Of a stretch of 33,951 bases of DNA, positions 8,181 through 16,926 are shown piece after piece. The translations under genes and the position numbers were made by a program. How positions within the stretch are numbered: the stretch's first letter is position 1; each line of letters starts with the position of its first letter. Below the pieces are notes generated by a model, which ran no database searches, was not told where the DNA came from, and was given only the letters and a program-made list of their open reading frames with translations. The stretch covers positions 1 through 33,951 of the forward strand of contig JBBQFA010000002.1 of the NCBI GenBank assembly GCA_038321515.1, in the 5' to 3' direction. The stretch comes from Thermoleophilia bacterium (lineage in GTDB: Bacteria > Actinomycetota > Thermoleophilia > UBA2241).

Positions 8181-9529
8181 CGGGACAGTGTAGCAAACCC
8201 TTCGCGCAAGGTTTCAGCGAGGAGGAGCCGGCCGCCGCAGGCGGCGCTCAGCTCCTCCTCACCGACGTCGTCGAGCGTGCACCCCAGGGCGGCGGGCGCA
8301 AAGACGCGCGGGGCCAGGAGCCACTCGCCCTCGGCGAGCGGCGCCCGGCGCAGCGCGTCGAGCACCTCCGCCCCGCCGAGCAACCCGGTGACGGTGACAT
8401 GAGGGCCGAACAGGCGGTTCTCGACCACAAAGGGCCTCACGGGCACGCTCACAGCCGGCGTCAGCAGCTCGGCGGCGCGCTCGAGCACCGGCAGCGCCAG
8501 CGTCCCGCTCAGCAGCCGCACGCCGGAGACGCCCGGGCCGGCCGCGTGCCGTCGGCCGGCCGCCCGGCGCGGGTCGCGATCGCCGCCGCGTTCAGCTTCG
8601 CCGGAGGCGGCCAGCTCGGATGCCTCGGTGATCAGCGACGCCGAGATGCCGACGCCGTTCTCGTACTGCTCCGGCGCGTCGCTCGACGGCGGCTCCTCGC
8701 CGGCCAGCAGATACACCTCGTCGGCGGCATGCACGACCTGCCGGCCGCGCCGCCTCAGAAACCCCTGTTGCCAGCCTGAGACCGCGGCGAGAACGGCGCC
8801 GGCGTCCGCGGCGGAGACCCGGCGCAGCTCGCCCTCGTCGGCCAGCGACACCGGCACGATGCCGAGGTCGGCGACGGCGTCCAGGTCACCGGCCCGAGCG
8901 ACCGTCTCCTCGAGCACAGCCCCATCGTTCCAGCCCGGACACAGAACCACCTGCAAGTGGAGCTCGAGGCCGGCCGCCGCGAGCCGCTCGAGCGCGGCTC
9001 GAGAGCCGGCCGCCGCCCGCCCCATGAGGCGAACGCGGGCGCCGTCGTCCCAGGCGTGCAGCGAGACGAACAACGGCGAGAGCCGCAGCTCCTCGATGCG
9101 CCGCACGTCGGTCTCGTCCAGGTTGGTCAGCGTCATGAAGTTGCCGTGCAGAAACGAGAGCCGGTAGTCGTCATCCTTCACAAACAGGTCGGGCCGCAGG
9201 CCGGCCGGCACCTGATCGACGAAACAGAAACGGCAGGCATTGCAGCAGGTGCGCGGTTCGTCCCCCAGGCCGCCCTCGTCCAGCGAGACGCCGTGCCACT
9301 CCCCGGTCGCCGGCGCCACGACGAGATCGAGCGGGTGACCGGCGCGAAGCACCGTCATCCAGAGCGTGCCGTCGGCGGCCGCGTCTTCCAGGTCGAGCAC
9401 ATCGAGGGGCACCGCATCGTTGAGCCGAACGATGCAGTCCCCGGCGCGCAGCCCGGCACGAGCGGCTGGGCCACTCGCGTCGGCGACGGTGACTCCCGCC
9501 CGCTCCCCGCGCGGCGTCGATTCACTCAC
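8177..9529 (-). CDS. PDZ-domain / radical-SAM-motif / DUF512 family protein, function unknown
   Basis: The conserved part starts at VSESTPRGERAGVTVADASGPAARAGLRAGDCIVRLN (PDZ-like). It continues with CCNACRFCFVDQ (CX3CX2C), KDDDYRLSFLHGNFMTLTN and QVVLCPGWNDG, which is how I remember DUF512 proteins found upstream of der. The first ~138 codons of the ORF-track entry overlap ispH and are Arg/Ser-rich junk. I chose the in-frame GTG at 9529, which overlaps the ispH stop by 8 nt. The start is uncertain. Confidence 0.78.
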   Translation of the reverse strand: MSESTPRGERAGVTVADASGPAARAGLRAGDCIVRLNDAVPLDVLDLEDAAADGTLWMTVLRAGHPLDLVVAPATGEWHGVSLDEGGLGDEPRTCCNACRFCFVDQVPAGLRPDLFVKDDDYRLSFLHGNFMTLTNLDETDVRRIEELRLSPLFVSLHAWDDGARVRLMGRAAAGSRAALERLAAAGLELHLQVVLCPGWNDGAVLEETVARAGDLDAVADLGIVPVSLADEGELRRVSAADAGAVLAAVSGWQQGFLRRRGRQVVHAADEVYLLAGEEPPSSDAPEQYENGVGISASLITEASELAASGEAERGGDRDPRRAAGRRHAAGPGVSGVRLLSGTLALPVLERAAELLTPAVSVPVRPFVVENRLFGPHVTVTGLLGGAEVLDALRRAPLAEGEWLLAPRVFAPAALGCTLDDVGEEELSAACGGRLLLAETLREGFATLSR

Positions 9530-10481
9530 CGCAGAGGTCCAGAAGCGCGCGCACGGTCGCCTCGATCTCCTCGTCCGGCGTCGAGGCGCCCGCGGTGACA
9601 CCGATGCGCCGCGCGCCCGCGAGCCAGTCGGCGCGGAGCTCAGCCGCCGACTCGATGTGGTGCGTCCGCGGCTCGATCGCCAGGCAGAGCTGCGCCAGGC
9701 GCGCCGTATTGGCGCTGTTGCGGCCGCCGACGACGACGACGACGTCGACCTCCGCGGCCAGCTCGCAGGCGGCGCTCTGCCGCTTCTCGGTCGCGTCGCA
9801 CACCGTGTTGTACACGAGCAGCTCGCGGGCGACCGGCGCCAGCGCCGCGACGACCCCCGACAGGTTGGCTCGCGTTTGCGTCGTCTGCACGACCACGCCG
9901 ACGCGGCGGCCGCGAAGCTGCTCGAGAGGGAGCCCCGCCGCATCCTCGACCACGACGGCGTCCGCCCCGGCGAACCCCTCGAGGCCGGCGACCTCCGGGT
10001 GGTCGCGCTCGCCGAGGATCACGACCGCGTAGCCCGACTCCTGCAGGCCGGCCGCCTTGCGCTGCGCCACGGCCACGAAAGGGCACGTGGCGTCGACCAC
10101 ATTGAGACGCCGGGAGTGCGCCTGCTCGAGCACGTCCGGTGAGACGCCGTGAGTGCGCACGATGAGGGTCCCGACGCCTGCGCGGTCCGCCTCGTCGACT
10201 TGTTCGACGACATCCACCCCACGAGCCTGCAGGCTGCCCACGACGCTGGGGTTGTGGATGATGGGGCCCAAGGTCGCGACCGGCGCGGGGGCGCCCTCGA
10301 GCGCCTCGCCGGTCAGGCGCAAGGCGCGTTCGACGCCGTAGCAGTACCCGGCGTAGCGGGCGACGACGATCTCGGCGTCGCCGGCGCGCGCATGGCGCAG
10401 CTCGGCGCGCCGCTCCGGCTCGTCGTCGTAGGGCGCGCCGCCCGTTCTGGCACTGCCTGCCGCGTCCTCAGAGCCGGGCAT
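9522..10481 (-). CDS. ispH: 4-hydroxy-3-methylbut-2-enyl diphosphate reductase
   Basis: Three cluster-Cys contexts typical of IspH/LytB: AGYCYGVERAL, DATCPFV and GGRNSANTARL. I chose the ATG at 10481 (MPGSEDAAG...), which overlaps the plsC stop by 14 nt. The longer track ORF runs into plsC. Confidence 0.88.
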   Translation of the reverse strand: MPGSEDAAGSARTGGAPYDDEPERRAELRHARAGDAEIVVARYAGYCYGVERALRLTGEALEGAPAPVATLGPIIHNPSVVGSLQARGVDVVEQVDEADRAGVGTLIVRTHGVSPDVLEQAHSRRLNVVDATCPFVAVAQRKAAGLQESGYAVVILGERDHPEVAGLEGFAGADAVVVEDAAGLPLEQLRGRRVGVVVQTTQTRANLSGVVAALAPVARELLVYNTVCDATEKRQSAACELAAEVDVVVVVGGRNSANTARLAQLCLAIEPRTHHIESAAELRADWLAGARRIGVTAGASTPDEEIEATVRALLDLCGE

Positions 10482-11109
10482 ACAGGTCCGCGACGACGTC
10501 GTGCATGCGCCGTGCGGCCTCCTGATAGGCCCTGCTGTTGCGCCCGCCGATGTCGCTGAAGTCGATCGGCGGCCCGACCAGACCGCGCAGGGCCGGCAGC
10601 CCCGGCCGCCCGTCGCGGATGATGTCCTGCGTCCCGTCCAGCGCCAGCGGCACGACGGGCGCACCGCTGCGCAGCGCGATCATACCGACGCCGGGCAGAA
10701 ACTCATGGACGGCATGGTCGAGCTGCCGGTGCCCCTCCGGGAACATGAGGAGCATCTCACCGCCGGCGAGGATCTCGAGCGCCGTCCTCAGCGCTTCCCT
10801 GTCCCCGGCGCCGCGGTCGATGGGAAACGCGCCCAAGCTGACGATCAGCTTGCGCAGCGTGGCGTTCTCGAAGAGTTCTTTCTTCGCCATGTAGCGCAGC
10901 GGACGGTCGAAGATCATCCCCGCCACCACAGGGTCGAAGAGAGCCTTGTGGTTCATGATGACCATCACCGGCCCTTCGGCCGGCAGGTTGCCGCTGCCGC
11001 GCACGCGACAGCGATACAGACCGCCGAAGTACGGGACTGCCAGCCAACGACAGAACGTGTACAGGCCGGTCTCGCCGTGCCCGGCAAGCGGGAGTCCCCA
11101 CACTCTCAC
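10468..11109 (-). CDS. plsC: 1-acyl-sn-glycerol-3-phosphate acyltransferase
   Basis: 213 aa with the acyltransferase HX4D motif (NHKALFDP) and the FPEG motif. The GTG start overlaps the cmk stop (GTGA at 11106-11109). Confidence 0.88.
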   Translation of the reverse strand: MRVWGLPLAGHGETGLYTFCRWLAVPYFGGLYRCRVRGSGNLPAEGPVMVIMNHKALFDPVVAGMIFDRPLRYMAKKELFENATLRKLIVSLGAFPIDRGAGDREALRTALEILAGGEMLLMFPEGHRQLDHAVHEFLPGVGMIALRSGAPVVPLALDGTQDIIRDGRPGLPALRGLVGPPIDFSDIGGRNSRAYQEAARRMHDVVADLYARL

Positions 11110-11768
11110 GACTGTCGCCCCTTCCCCTCGACGACCGTCACGACGGCGTCGACGACCTCGTCAAGCGTCATGCCGGACGTATCGATCGCGACCGCGTCCG
11201 TGGCGGGCCGCAGCGGAGCCACCTCGCGCGTCGAGTCCCGGAGGTCGCGCTCCACGACCGCCGCGAGCACTCCTTCGTCGTCCACTTCGTCGCCCTTGGC
11301 GCGAAGCTCCTCGGCGCGGCGCGCCGCCCGGACCTCCGGGCGCGCCGTGAGGAAGATCTTGACGGCCGCGTCAGGGAACACGTTGGTGCCGATGTCGCGG
11401 CCCTCCATCACGATGTCGACGTGCTGCCCCAGCGCGCGCTGCCGCTCGACCAACAGACGGCGCACCGCCGGCAGCACCGAGACGCGCGAAGCGGCTGAGC
11501 CCATCTCCAGCGTGCGGATCGCGTCGCTGACATCGCGAGCGCCGGCGAAGAGTCGCCCGTCGCTATCGAACCTCAGAACGGCGTCTTGGGCCACGGCCAA
11601 CACCGCGTCCTCTTCGTCCAGCGGCACGCCCGCCTCGCTCGCCAGCAACCCCACGGCCCTGTACATCGCCCCGGTATCCAGATACAGGTAGCCCAGGCGC
11701 ACGGCGACCTGCCGTGCCACCGTGCTCTTGCCCGAGCCGACAGGCCCGTCGATGGCGACGACGGTCAT
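11106..11768 (-). CDS. cmk: Cytidylate kinase
   Basis: The conserved protein begins MTVVAIDGPVGSGKSTVARQVAVRLGYLYLDTGAMYRAV. ATG at 11768 overlaps the tyrA stop (ATGA). The 466-aa track ORF is an upstream read-through in the wrong context. Confidence 0.92.
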   Translation of the reverse strand: MTVVAIDGPVGSGKSTVARQVAVRLGYLYLDTGAMYRAVGLLASEAGVPLDEEDAVLAVAQDAVLRFDSDGRLFAGARDVSDAIRTLEMGSAASRVSVLPAVRRLLVERQRALGQHVDIVMEGRDIGTNVFPDAAVKIFLTARPEVRAARRAEELRAKGDEVDDEGVLAAVVERDLRDSTREVAPLRPATDAVAIDTSGMTLDEVVDAVVTVVEGKGRQS

Positions 11769-12877
11769 TCGACCTCCGCCCGCGTGCTGACCTCGAAGCC
11801 GAGACTGCCGAGCACGTGGGCGGCGCGGGTGCAGACGTCGCTGCCGAGCACGTACACGGTCAAGGTGCCGCCGAGCTCGGCACTCATGTGGTGCATGGCG
11901 AGGTCCTCGACGTTGATGCCGGCGTCGCCGAGCGCGACCATGATCTCCTGAAAGACGCCCGGGCGGTCGCTGACCGGGATGATCAGGCGGTACAGGTCGC
12001 GGGCCGGCAGACTGCCGGCGGCCAGCAGGCGTTCGCGCTGCTCCGAGGCGCGAGTGATGGTGTCGCCCAGTTTGGCGGCGTCGTTGGCTGCCAGAGCCTC
12101 CAGCACCTCCTGCAGGCCGTCCTGGAAGGTCGCGAGCGCCGCCAGCAGGGCAGCCCGGTTTTCGAGAAAGATGTCGGTCCACACGCGGCGGTTGCTGCCG
12201 GCGATGCGCGTGAGGTCGCGAAAGCTGGGTCCGGCCGAGAGCAGCGCGTCCCGTGAGCCCGCGTGCAGACCCGCCTGCCTCATGAGGATGTTGGCGAGCA
12301 CGTGCGGGAGATGGCTCACCACTGCCATCACGCGGTCGTGCTCCTCCGGGTCGACCGCGACCGGGCGGGCGCCGATCTCGCCAAGAAACCCGTACAGGAG
12401 CTGGTAGGCGGCGGCGTCGACGTGGGCGCCGGGCGTGACGAAGTACGTCGCGCCCTGGTAGAGCGAGGCGCGCGCGTTGGCGACGCCGGCGGTCTCCGAG
12501 CCACACAGTGGATGCCCGCCGATGCAGCGCCGCTGTTCGGCGGGCGCGAGCGCCCGCATCAGCGGCCCCTTCGTGCTCCCGACGTCGCTGATGACCGCGT
12601 GCCGGGGCGCCGCGGCGAAGGCGGCCTTGACGTGCTCGACCAGGAGCCGGACCGGAGTGCAGACGAACACGAGGTCGGCGCCTGCGACCGCCTCTTCGAG
12701 GCTCCCGCAGGCGGTCGTGACGGCGCCGCGCTCGAGCGCCAGATCGAGGGTCTCGCGCGTCCGGCTATAGGCGCGCACCTCGGCCACGCCCGCGCGCTCG
12801 CGCGCGGCGAGCCCGAGCGACCCGCCCATAAGACCGACGCCGATCAGGGCGACGGTGCTGACGCGCACTTCGTTCAC
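11765..12877 (-). CDS. tyrA: Prephenate dehydrogenase with a C-terminal ACT-like domain
   Basis: Rossmann VALIGVGLMGGSLGLA, GGHPLCGSE, and an ACT-like C-terminus (DRPGVFQEIMVALGDAGINVEDL). The start is taken as GTG at 12877, 4 nt after the aroF stop. GTG at 12868 is equally possible. Confidence 0.86.
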   Translation of the reverse strand: MNEVRVSTVALIGVGLMGGSLGLAARERAGVAEVRAYSRTRETLDLALERGAVTTACGSLEEAVAGADLVFVCTPVRLLVEHVKAAFAAAPRHAVISDVGSTKGPLMRALAPAEQRRCIGGHPLCGSETAGVANARASLYQGATYFVTPGAHVDAAAYQLLYGFLGEIGARPVAVDPEEHDRVMAVVSHLPHVLANILMRQAGLHAGSRDALLSAGPSFRDLTRIAGSNRRVWTDIFLENRAALLAALATFQDGLQEVLEALAANDAAKLGDTITRASEQRERLLAAGSLPARDLYRLIIPVSDRPGVFQEIMVALGDAGINVEDLAMHHMSAELGGTLTVYVLGSDVCTRAAHVLGSLGFEVSTRAEVE

Positions 12878-12881
12878 GGCG

Positions 12882-13898
12882 TCAGACGACGGTCTTGCCG
12901 GCCCAGCGCGCCAGGTCGAGGACGCGGCCGGCGTACTCGCCGAACACCGCCGTCGGCAGCGACTGGGGGCCATCGCAGAGCGCGTGCTCGGGGTTGGGGT
13001 GCGTCTCGACGAGCACGCCGTCGGCGCCGGCGGCGACGCCTGCCAGAGACAGCGGCAGCACCAGGTCGAGGCGGCCGGCCGAGTGACTGGGGTCGACCAC
13101 GACCGGCAGGTGGCTGGCGATCTTGATGACCGGGACCGCGCTGACATCGAACGTGTTGCGCGTCGCCGTCTCGAAGGTACGGATGCCGCGCTCGCACAGG
13201 ATCACGTCGCGGTTGCCCTCCTTGAGGATGTACTCGGCCGACATGAGCAGCTCTTCGATGGTCGTCGACGGACCGCGCTTGAGAAGCACCGGCTTGCCGG
13301 TCTTGCCCAGCTCGGCGAGCAGCAGAAAGTTCTGGGTGTTGCGCGCGCCGACCTGAAGGACGTCGGCGAACTCACAGACGACGTCGAGGTCGCGCGGGTC
13401 CATCACCTCGGTGACGATCGGCAGCCCGGTTTCGTCGCGCGCCGCGGCGAGCATGGCCAGACCCTCTTCGCCGAGTCCCTGGAAGGCGTACGGCGAGGTG
13501 CGCGGCTTGAAGGCGCCACCGCGCATCATGTGGCCGCCGGCCGCCTTGACGGCGCGGGCGGCCTCGAGCACCTGCTCCGGCGTCTCCACCGAGCACGGGC
13601 CGGCGATGAGCGCGAAGTGGTCGCCGCCGATCTTGACACCGTTCACGTCGATGACCGTGTCTCGCTGCTGGAACTCGCGGCTGACGAGCTTGTACGGCCG
13701 CAGGATGGCGACCACGCGGTCGACACCCGGCATCGCCTCGAGAGGCAGTTGCGTCACCTGCTCGCGGTCACCGATGACGCCGATCACAGTGACGCGCTCG
13801 CCCGCCGACAGATGGGCGCTCGCTCCGACCTCCTCGACACGCGCTACGACGTGGGCGATCTCTGCTTCGGTCGCCGCCTCGTGCATGATGACCATCAT
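12882..13898 (-). CDS. aroF: 3-deoxy-7-phosphoheptulonate (DAHP) synthase, type I-beta, with an N-terminal ferredoxin-like regulatory domain
   Basis: 338 aa. The N-terminus MMVIMHEAATEAEIAHVVARVEEVG...TVIGVIGD...RPYKLVSREF resembles the Thermotoga-type regulated DAHPS. Catalytic barrel motifs LIAGPCSVE and KPRTSPYAFQGLG are present. Confidence 0.92.
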   Translation of the reverse strand: MMVIMHEAATEAEIAHVVARVEEVGASAHLSAGERVTVIGVIGDREQVTQLPLEAMPGVDRVVAILRPYKLVSREFQQRDTVIDVNGVKIGGDHFALIAGPCSVETPEQVLEAARAVKAAGGHMMRGGAFKPRTSPYAFQGLGEEGLAMLAAARDETGLPIVTEVMDPRDLDVVCEFADVLQVGARNTQNFLLLAELGKTGKPVLLKRGPSTTIEELLMSAEYILKEGNRDVILCERGIRTFETATRNTFDVSAVPVIKIASHLPVVVDPSHSAGRLDLVLPLSLAGVAAGADGVLVETHPNPEHALCDGPQSLPTAVFGEYAGRVLDLARWAGKTVV

Positions 13899-13900
13899 GC

Positions 13901-15031
13901 TCAGCTCGTCCTCCCCTCATCAGCTTCCTGCGCACCGACCTCCAGGGAGGCCAGCCGCCGCAGAAAGAACTCGATCTCATCGTGTGTACCCACACTGACC
14001 CGGACCCACCCGGGGCAGCCGAGTGCGTTGCCGTCTCGGACGATGGCGCCCATCGCGAGCAGGGCCCCGCAGACCTTGTCCTGAGGATGGCACAGGTCGC
14101 GCGTATCGACGAGCATGAAGTTCGCCTGGCTCGGCACGGTGGCGCGACCGCGCTCCGCCAGACGCGCCACCATGTGGTCGCGCAGGCGGGCGTTCTCGTC
14201 GCGGCGCTGCAGGACCTGGTCTTGGAGTGGCAGTGCCGCGAGCGCCGCGACCTGCGCCAGCCGGTTCACGTTGAAGGGCTGGCGCAGCTTATCGAGCGCG
14301 GCGGTGAGCTCGGGCCGGCACACGCCGTAGCCGACGCGCAGACCGCACAGGCCGTAGATCTTGGAGAACGTGCGCAGGACGATCACGTTGGCGTGAGCCG
14401 CCTGGATGGCCAGAGCGTCCTGGCTGTCGGCGGCGGTGACGAACTCGTTGTACGCCTCGTCGATGATGATGAGCACGTCGTCCGGCACGTCGTCGACCAG
14501 CCTCTCGATGCCGGCGACGGGTACGTAGGTGCCTGTGGGGTTGTTGGGGTTGCATACGACCAGCAGCTTCGTGCGTGGCGTGACCGCCGCTGCCATGGCC
14601 TCGAGATCATGGGCGAAGTCGGCCAGAGGGACCTCGACCGCCACGGCCTCGTGGCGCAGACAGATGTCGTTGTAGACGACGAACGACGGAGTCGCGAACA
14701 CGACCTCGTCGCCCTTCTCGAGCACGGCGTCGCCGAGCAGCATGAGCAGCTCGCACGACCCCGCACCGACGACGAGATCGGCGGGCGTGCGACCGTAGTG
14801 GTCGGCCAGCGCTGCGCGCAGGTCGGTGCAGGCGCCGTCGGGATACCGGTTCAGGTCGTCGAGGGCCTCGACGATCGCCTGCTTCACCTCGGGAAACGGC
14901 GGCAGCGGATACTCGTTCGAGGCCAGCTTCACGACATCGGTGAGGCCGAAGCGACGCATGACGATCTCGAGCGGCAGACCCGGCTCGTAGGCGATCATCT
15001 TCTCCAGTGCGGGGATCAGGCGGACGACCAT
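13901..15031 (-). CDS. hisC: Histidinol-phosphate / aromatic aminotransferase (class II PLP aminotransferase)
   Basis: KLASNEYPLPP, NPNNPTG and RTFSKIYGLCGLRVGY (PLP lysine). I chose the ATG at 15031 (MVVRLIPALEKM...), 4 nt after the aroH stop. The context suggests an aromatic amino acid role. Confidence 0.88.
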   Translation of the reverse strand: MVVRLIPALEKMIAYEPGLPLEIVMRRFGLTDVVKLASNEYPLPPFPEVKQAIVEALDDLNRYPDGACTDLRAALADHYGRTPADLVVGAGSCELLMLLGDAVLEKGDEVVFATPSFVVYNDICLRHEAVAVEVPLADFAHDLEAMAAAVTPRTKLLVVCNPNNPTGTYVPVAGIERLVDDVPDDVLIIIDEAYNEFVTAADSQDALAIQAAHANVIVLRTFSKIYGLCGLRVGYGVCRPELTAALDKLRQPFNVNRLAQVAALAALPLQDQVLQRRDENARLRDHMVARLAERGRATVPSQANFMLVDTRDLCHPQDKVCGALLAMGAIVRDGNALGCPGWVRVSVGTHDEIEFFLRRLASLEVGAQEADEGRTS

Positions 15032-15035
15032 CGCG

Positions 15036-15410
15036 TCACTCCGGGAGGTCGAGGCGCAGCTGGCGTGCGCCATGCAGGTACACATGGTGGATGGGCTGAG
15101 CGAACGGCAGATAGACATGCATGAGTACGCGGATGCAACGCTCGACCGCTCCCTCGACCGGGATCTCCTGGCAGCAGAGCAGCGGGGTCTGGGAGAGTCC
15201 GATGCTCCGCGCCGCGACGGCGGGGAACTCGGCGCGCAGGTCGGGGGTCGCCGTGAGCACCACACTGACGATGTCCGCCACGGCCACGTCATTGCGCGCG
15301 ATCACTTCGCTGAGCAACTCCGCCGAGCGAACGCCGATGGCCTCGCCGGTGTCGGCGTCGACGGTCGTCGCGCCACGAATCGCCCGCAGGCGTTCGGGAG
15401 AGTCCATCAT
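15036..15410 (-). CDS. aroH: Chorismate mutase, AroH class
   Basis: 124 aa. N-terminus MMDSPERLRAIRGATTVD carries the AroH hallmark IRGATT. Size and neighbours fit. Confidence 0.88.
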   Translation of the reverse strand: MMDSPERLRAIRGATTVDADTGEAIGVRSAELLSEVIARNDVAVADIVSVVLTATPDLRAEFPAVAARSIGLSQTPLLCCQEIPVEGAVERCIRVLMHVYLPFAQPIHHVYLHGARQLRLDLPE

Positions 15411-15440
15411 GTTATCGGTGAACGCATACTGAGTGCGGGG

Positions 15441-16295
15441 TCATACACCCGGTTCAGCCTCGCCGGCTGGCACTTCGACCGGATCCTCCATGGGCTGAGC
15501 CTCGACTGCCGGAGCATCGGCCGCGAGCATGACCGGCGGGCCCTCGACTTCCTCGGAGACCTCGCCGGCGACCTCCTCGCCGGCGCGACGGAGCGCCTCG
15601 ACCTCCTCGGCGGCGAGCTCGCGATAGCCTCCGGGCTCGAGACCCTTGTCGGTCAGCGGGCCGTAGCGACGCCGGCTCAGCTCTTCGACCGGCAGACCCA
15701 CGGCCGTGAACATACGACGCACCTGGCGCTTGCGGCCCTCGTGGATGGTCAACTCGACGAGGGCCGTCTTCTGGCTCTGCTTCTTCAGCCTGACGTCCGC
15801 CGGGGCCGTGAGGCCGTCTTCGAGATCGACACCCTGACGCAGAGTCCCTAGCGCACGCCGGCTTACCTTGCCGCGCACACGCGCCACGTAGGTCTTGGGC
15901 ACACCGTAGCGAGGGTGCATGAGGCGGTTCGCGAGCACTCCGTCGTTGGTGAGGATGATCAGTCCCGTCGTGTCGACGTCCAGGCGGCCGACCGGAAACA
16001 GGGCGCGGCCCCCCGGCACGATATCGACGATGACCCGCTCGGCGTGAGGATCCCTGCGAGTGCTTGCGACCCCGCGCGGCTTGTTGACGAGCAGGTACCG
16101 CAGCTCCTGCGTGGCCACGGGCTCGCCGCGCACCGTCACCACGTCTTCGGCGGCCACTTTCTGGCGGGGGAAGGTGACCACCTCGTCGTTCACGGTCACC
16201 ACGCCCTCGCGGATGAGCTCGTCGCACGAGCGACGCGAGCCGACGCCCGAGCGGGCGAGGAACACGACCAGGTTCATAGGCTGTACAGGGCTCAT
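15441..16295 (-). CDS. rluB: 23S rRNA pseudouridine synthase, RluB/RsuA family
   Basis: S4 domain (FLARSGVGSRRSCDELIREGVVTVN) and catalytic motif GRLDVDTTGLIILTNDG. ATGA overlap with scpB at 16292-16295. The alternative ATG at 16277 fits the homologue N-terminus equally well. Confidence 0.9.
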   Translation of the reverse strand: MSPVQPMNLVVFLARSGVGSRRSCDELIREGVVTVNDEVVTFPRQKVAAEDVVTVRGEPVATQELRYLLVNKPRGVASTRRDPHAERVIVDIVPGGRALFPVGRLDVDTTGLIILTNDGVLANRLMHPRYGVPKTYVARVRGKVSRRALGTLRQGVDLEDGLTAPADVRLKKQSQKTALVELTIHEGRKRQVRRMFTAVGLPVEELSRRRYGPLTDKGLEPGGYRELAAEEVEALRRAGEEVAGEVSEEVEGPPVMLAADAPAVEAQPMEDPVEVPAGEAEPGV

Positions 16296-16867
16296 AGCCC
16301 TCTCCTCTCAGCGTTGGCGTGGAGGCGCGAGCGGATCGCGTCGACCTCCTCGGCGCGCAGGGCGAACTCCTCGAGCGGCGGCAACTCAGAGCGGTTCACC
16401 AGGCCGAAGAGCCGCAAGAACCGCTCGCCGGTGCCGTAGAGGATCGGCGCCCCCGGCGTATCGGTACGGCCCTGCTGTTCCACCAGGCCGCGCTCTTCGA
16501 GAGACCCGAGCGCCCACTCTGACGATACGCCGCGGACCTCCGCGATCTCGGCCCGGGTGACCGGCTCGAGATAGGCGACGACCGCGAGCGTCTCGAGCAG
16601 GGCCGGGCTCAACGCGTCCGGCTTCTCCGCCCCGGTGAGCCGGCGCACGTCTTCGGCGCACTCGTCGGCGACCGAGAAGGTGAGACCACCGGCCACCTCG
16701 CGCACCTCCAGGCCGTGGCGATCCGCCCCGAACTCCGCGCGTAGTTCGGCCAGCGACTCGGTCACTTCGTCCGGGGTGCAGCCGCAGGCAGCGGCTAGCC
16801 GTGTCGTATCCACAGGCCGAGAAGAGATGAACAGGAGCGCCTCGAGGCGCCGGGCGAGTGATCGCAT
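16292..16867 (-). CDS. scpB: Segregation and condensation protein B
   Basis: 191 aa. The N-terminus LEALLFISSRPV and two winged-helix-like halves fit ScpB. It lies directly downstream of scpA. Confidence 0.9.
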   Translation of the reverse strand: MRSLARRLEALLFISSRPVDTTRLAAACGCTPDEVTESLAELRAEFGADRHGLEVREVAGGLTFSVADECAEDVRRLTGAEKPDALSPALLETLAVVAYLEPVTRAEIAEVRGVSSEWALGSLEERGLVEQQGRTDTPGAPILYGTGERFLRLFGLVNRSELPPLEEFALRAEEVDAIRSRLHANAERRGL

Positions 16868-16926
16868 GCTGGGCTTGGGTAGAGTGCCGGGTCGCCGTCG
16901 ATGCTACCGCACAGCGCGGCCCGGCG

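Noticed and set aside
8177-9943. Long N-terminal extensions in the ORF track. Examples are 8177-9943, metK to 5210, cmk to 12506, tyrA to 13147, hisC to 15292, queA to 22978, the LytR_C protein to 33811, ispH to 10664 and scpA to 17772.
   Set aside because: The extra codons overlap the 3' end of the upstream gene in another frame and translate to Arg/Ser/Pro-rich sequence. Internal starts with Shine-Dalgarno sequences or 4-nt stop/start overlaps coincide with the beginning of the conserved protein.
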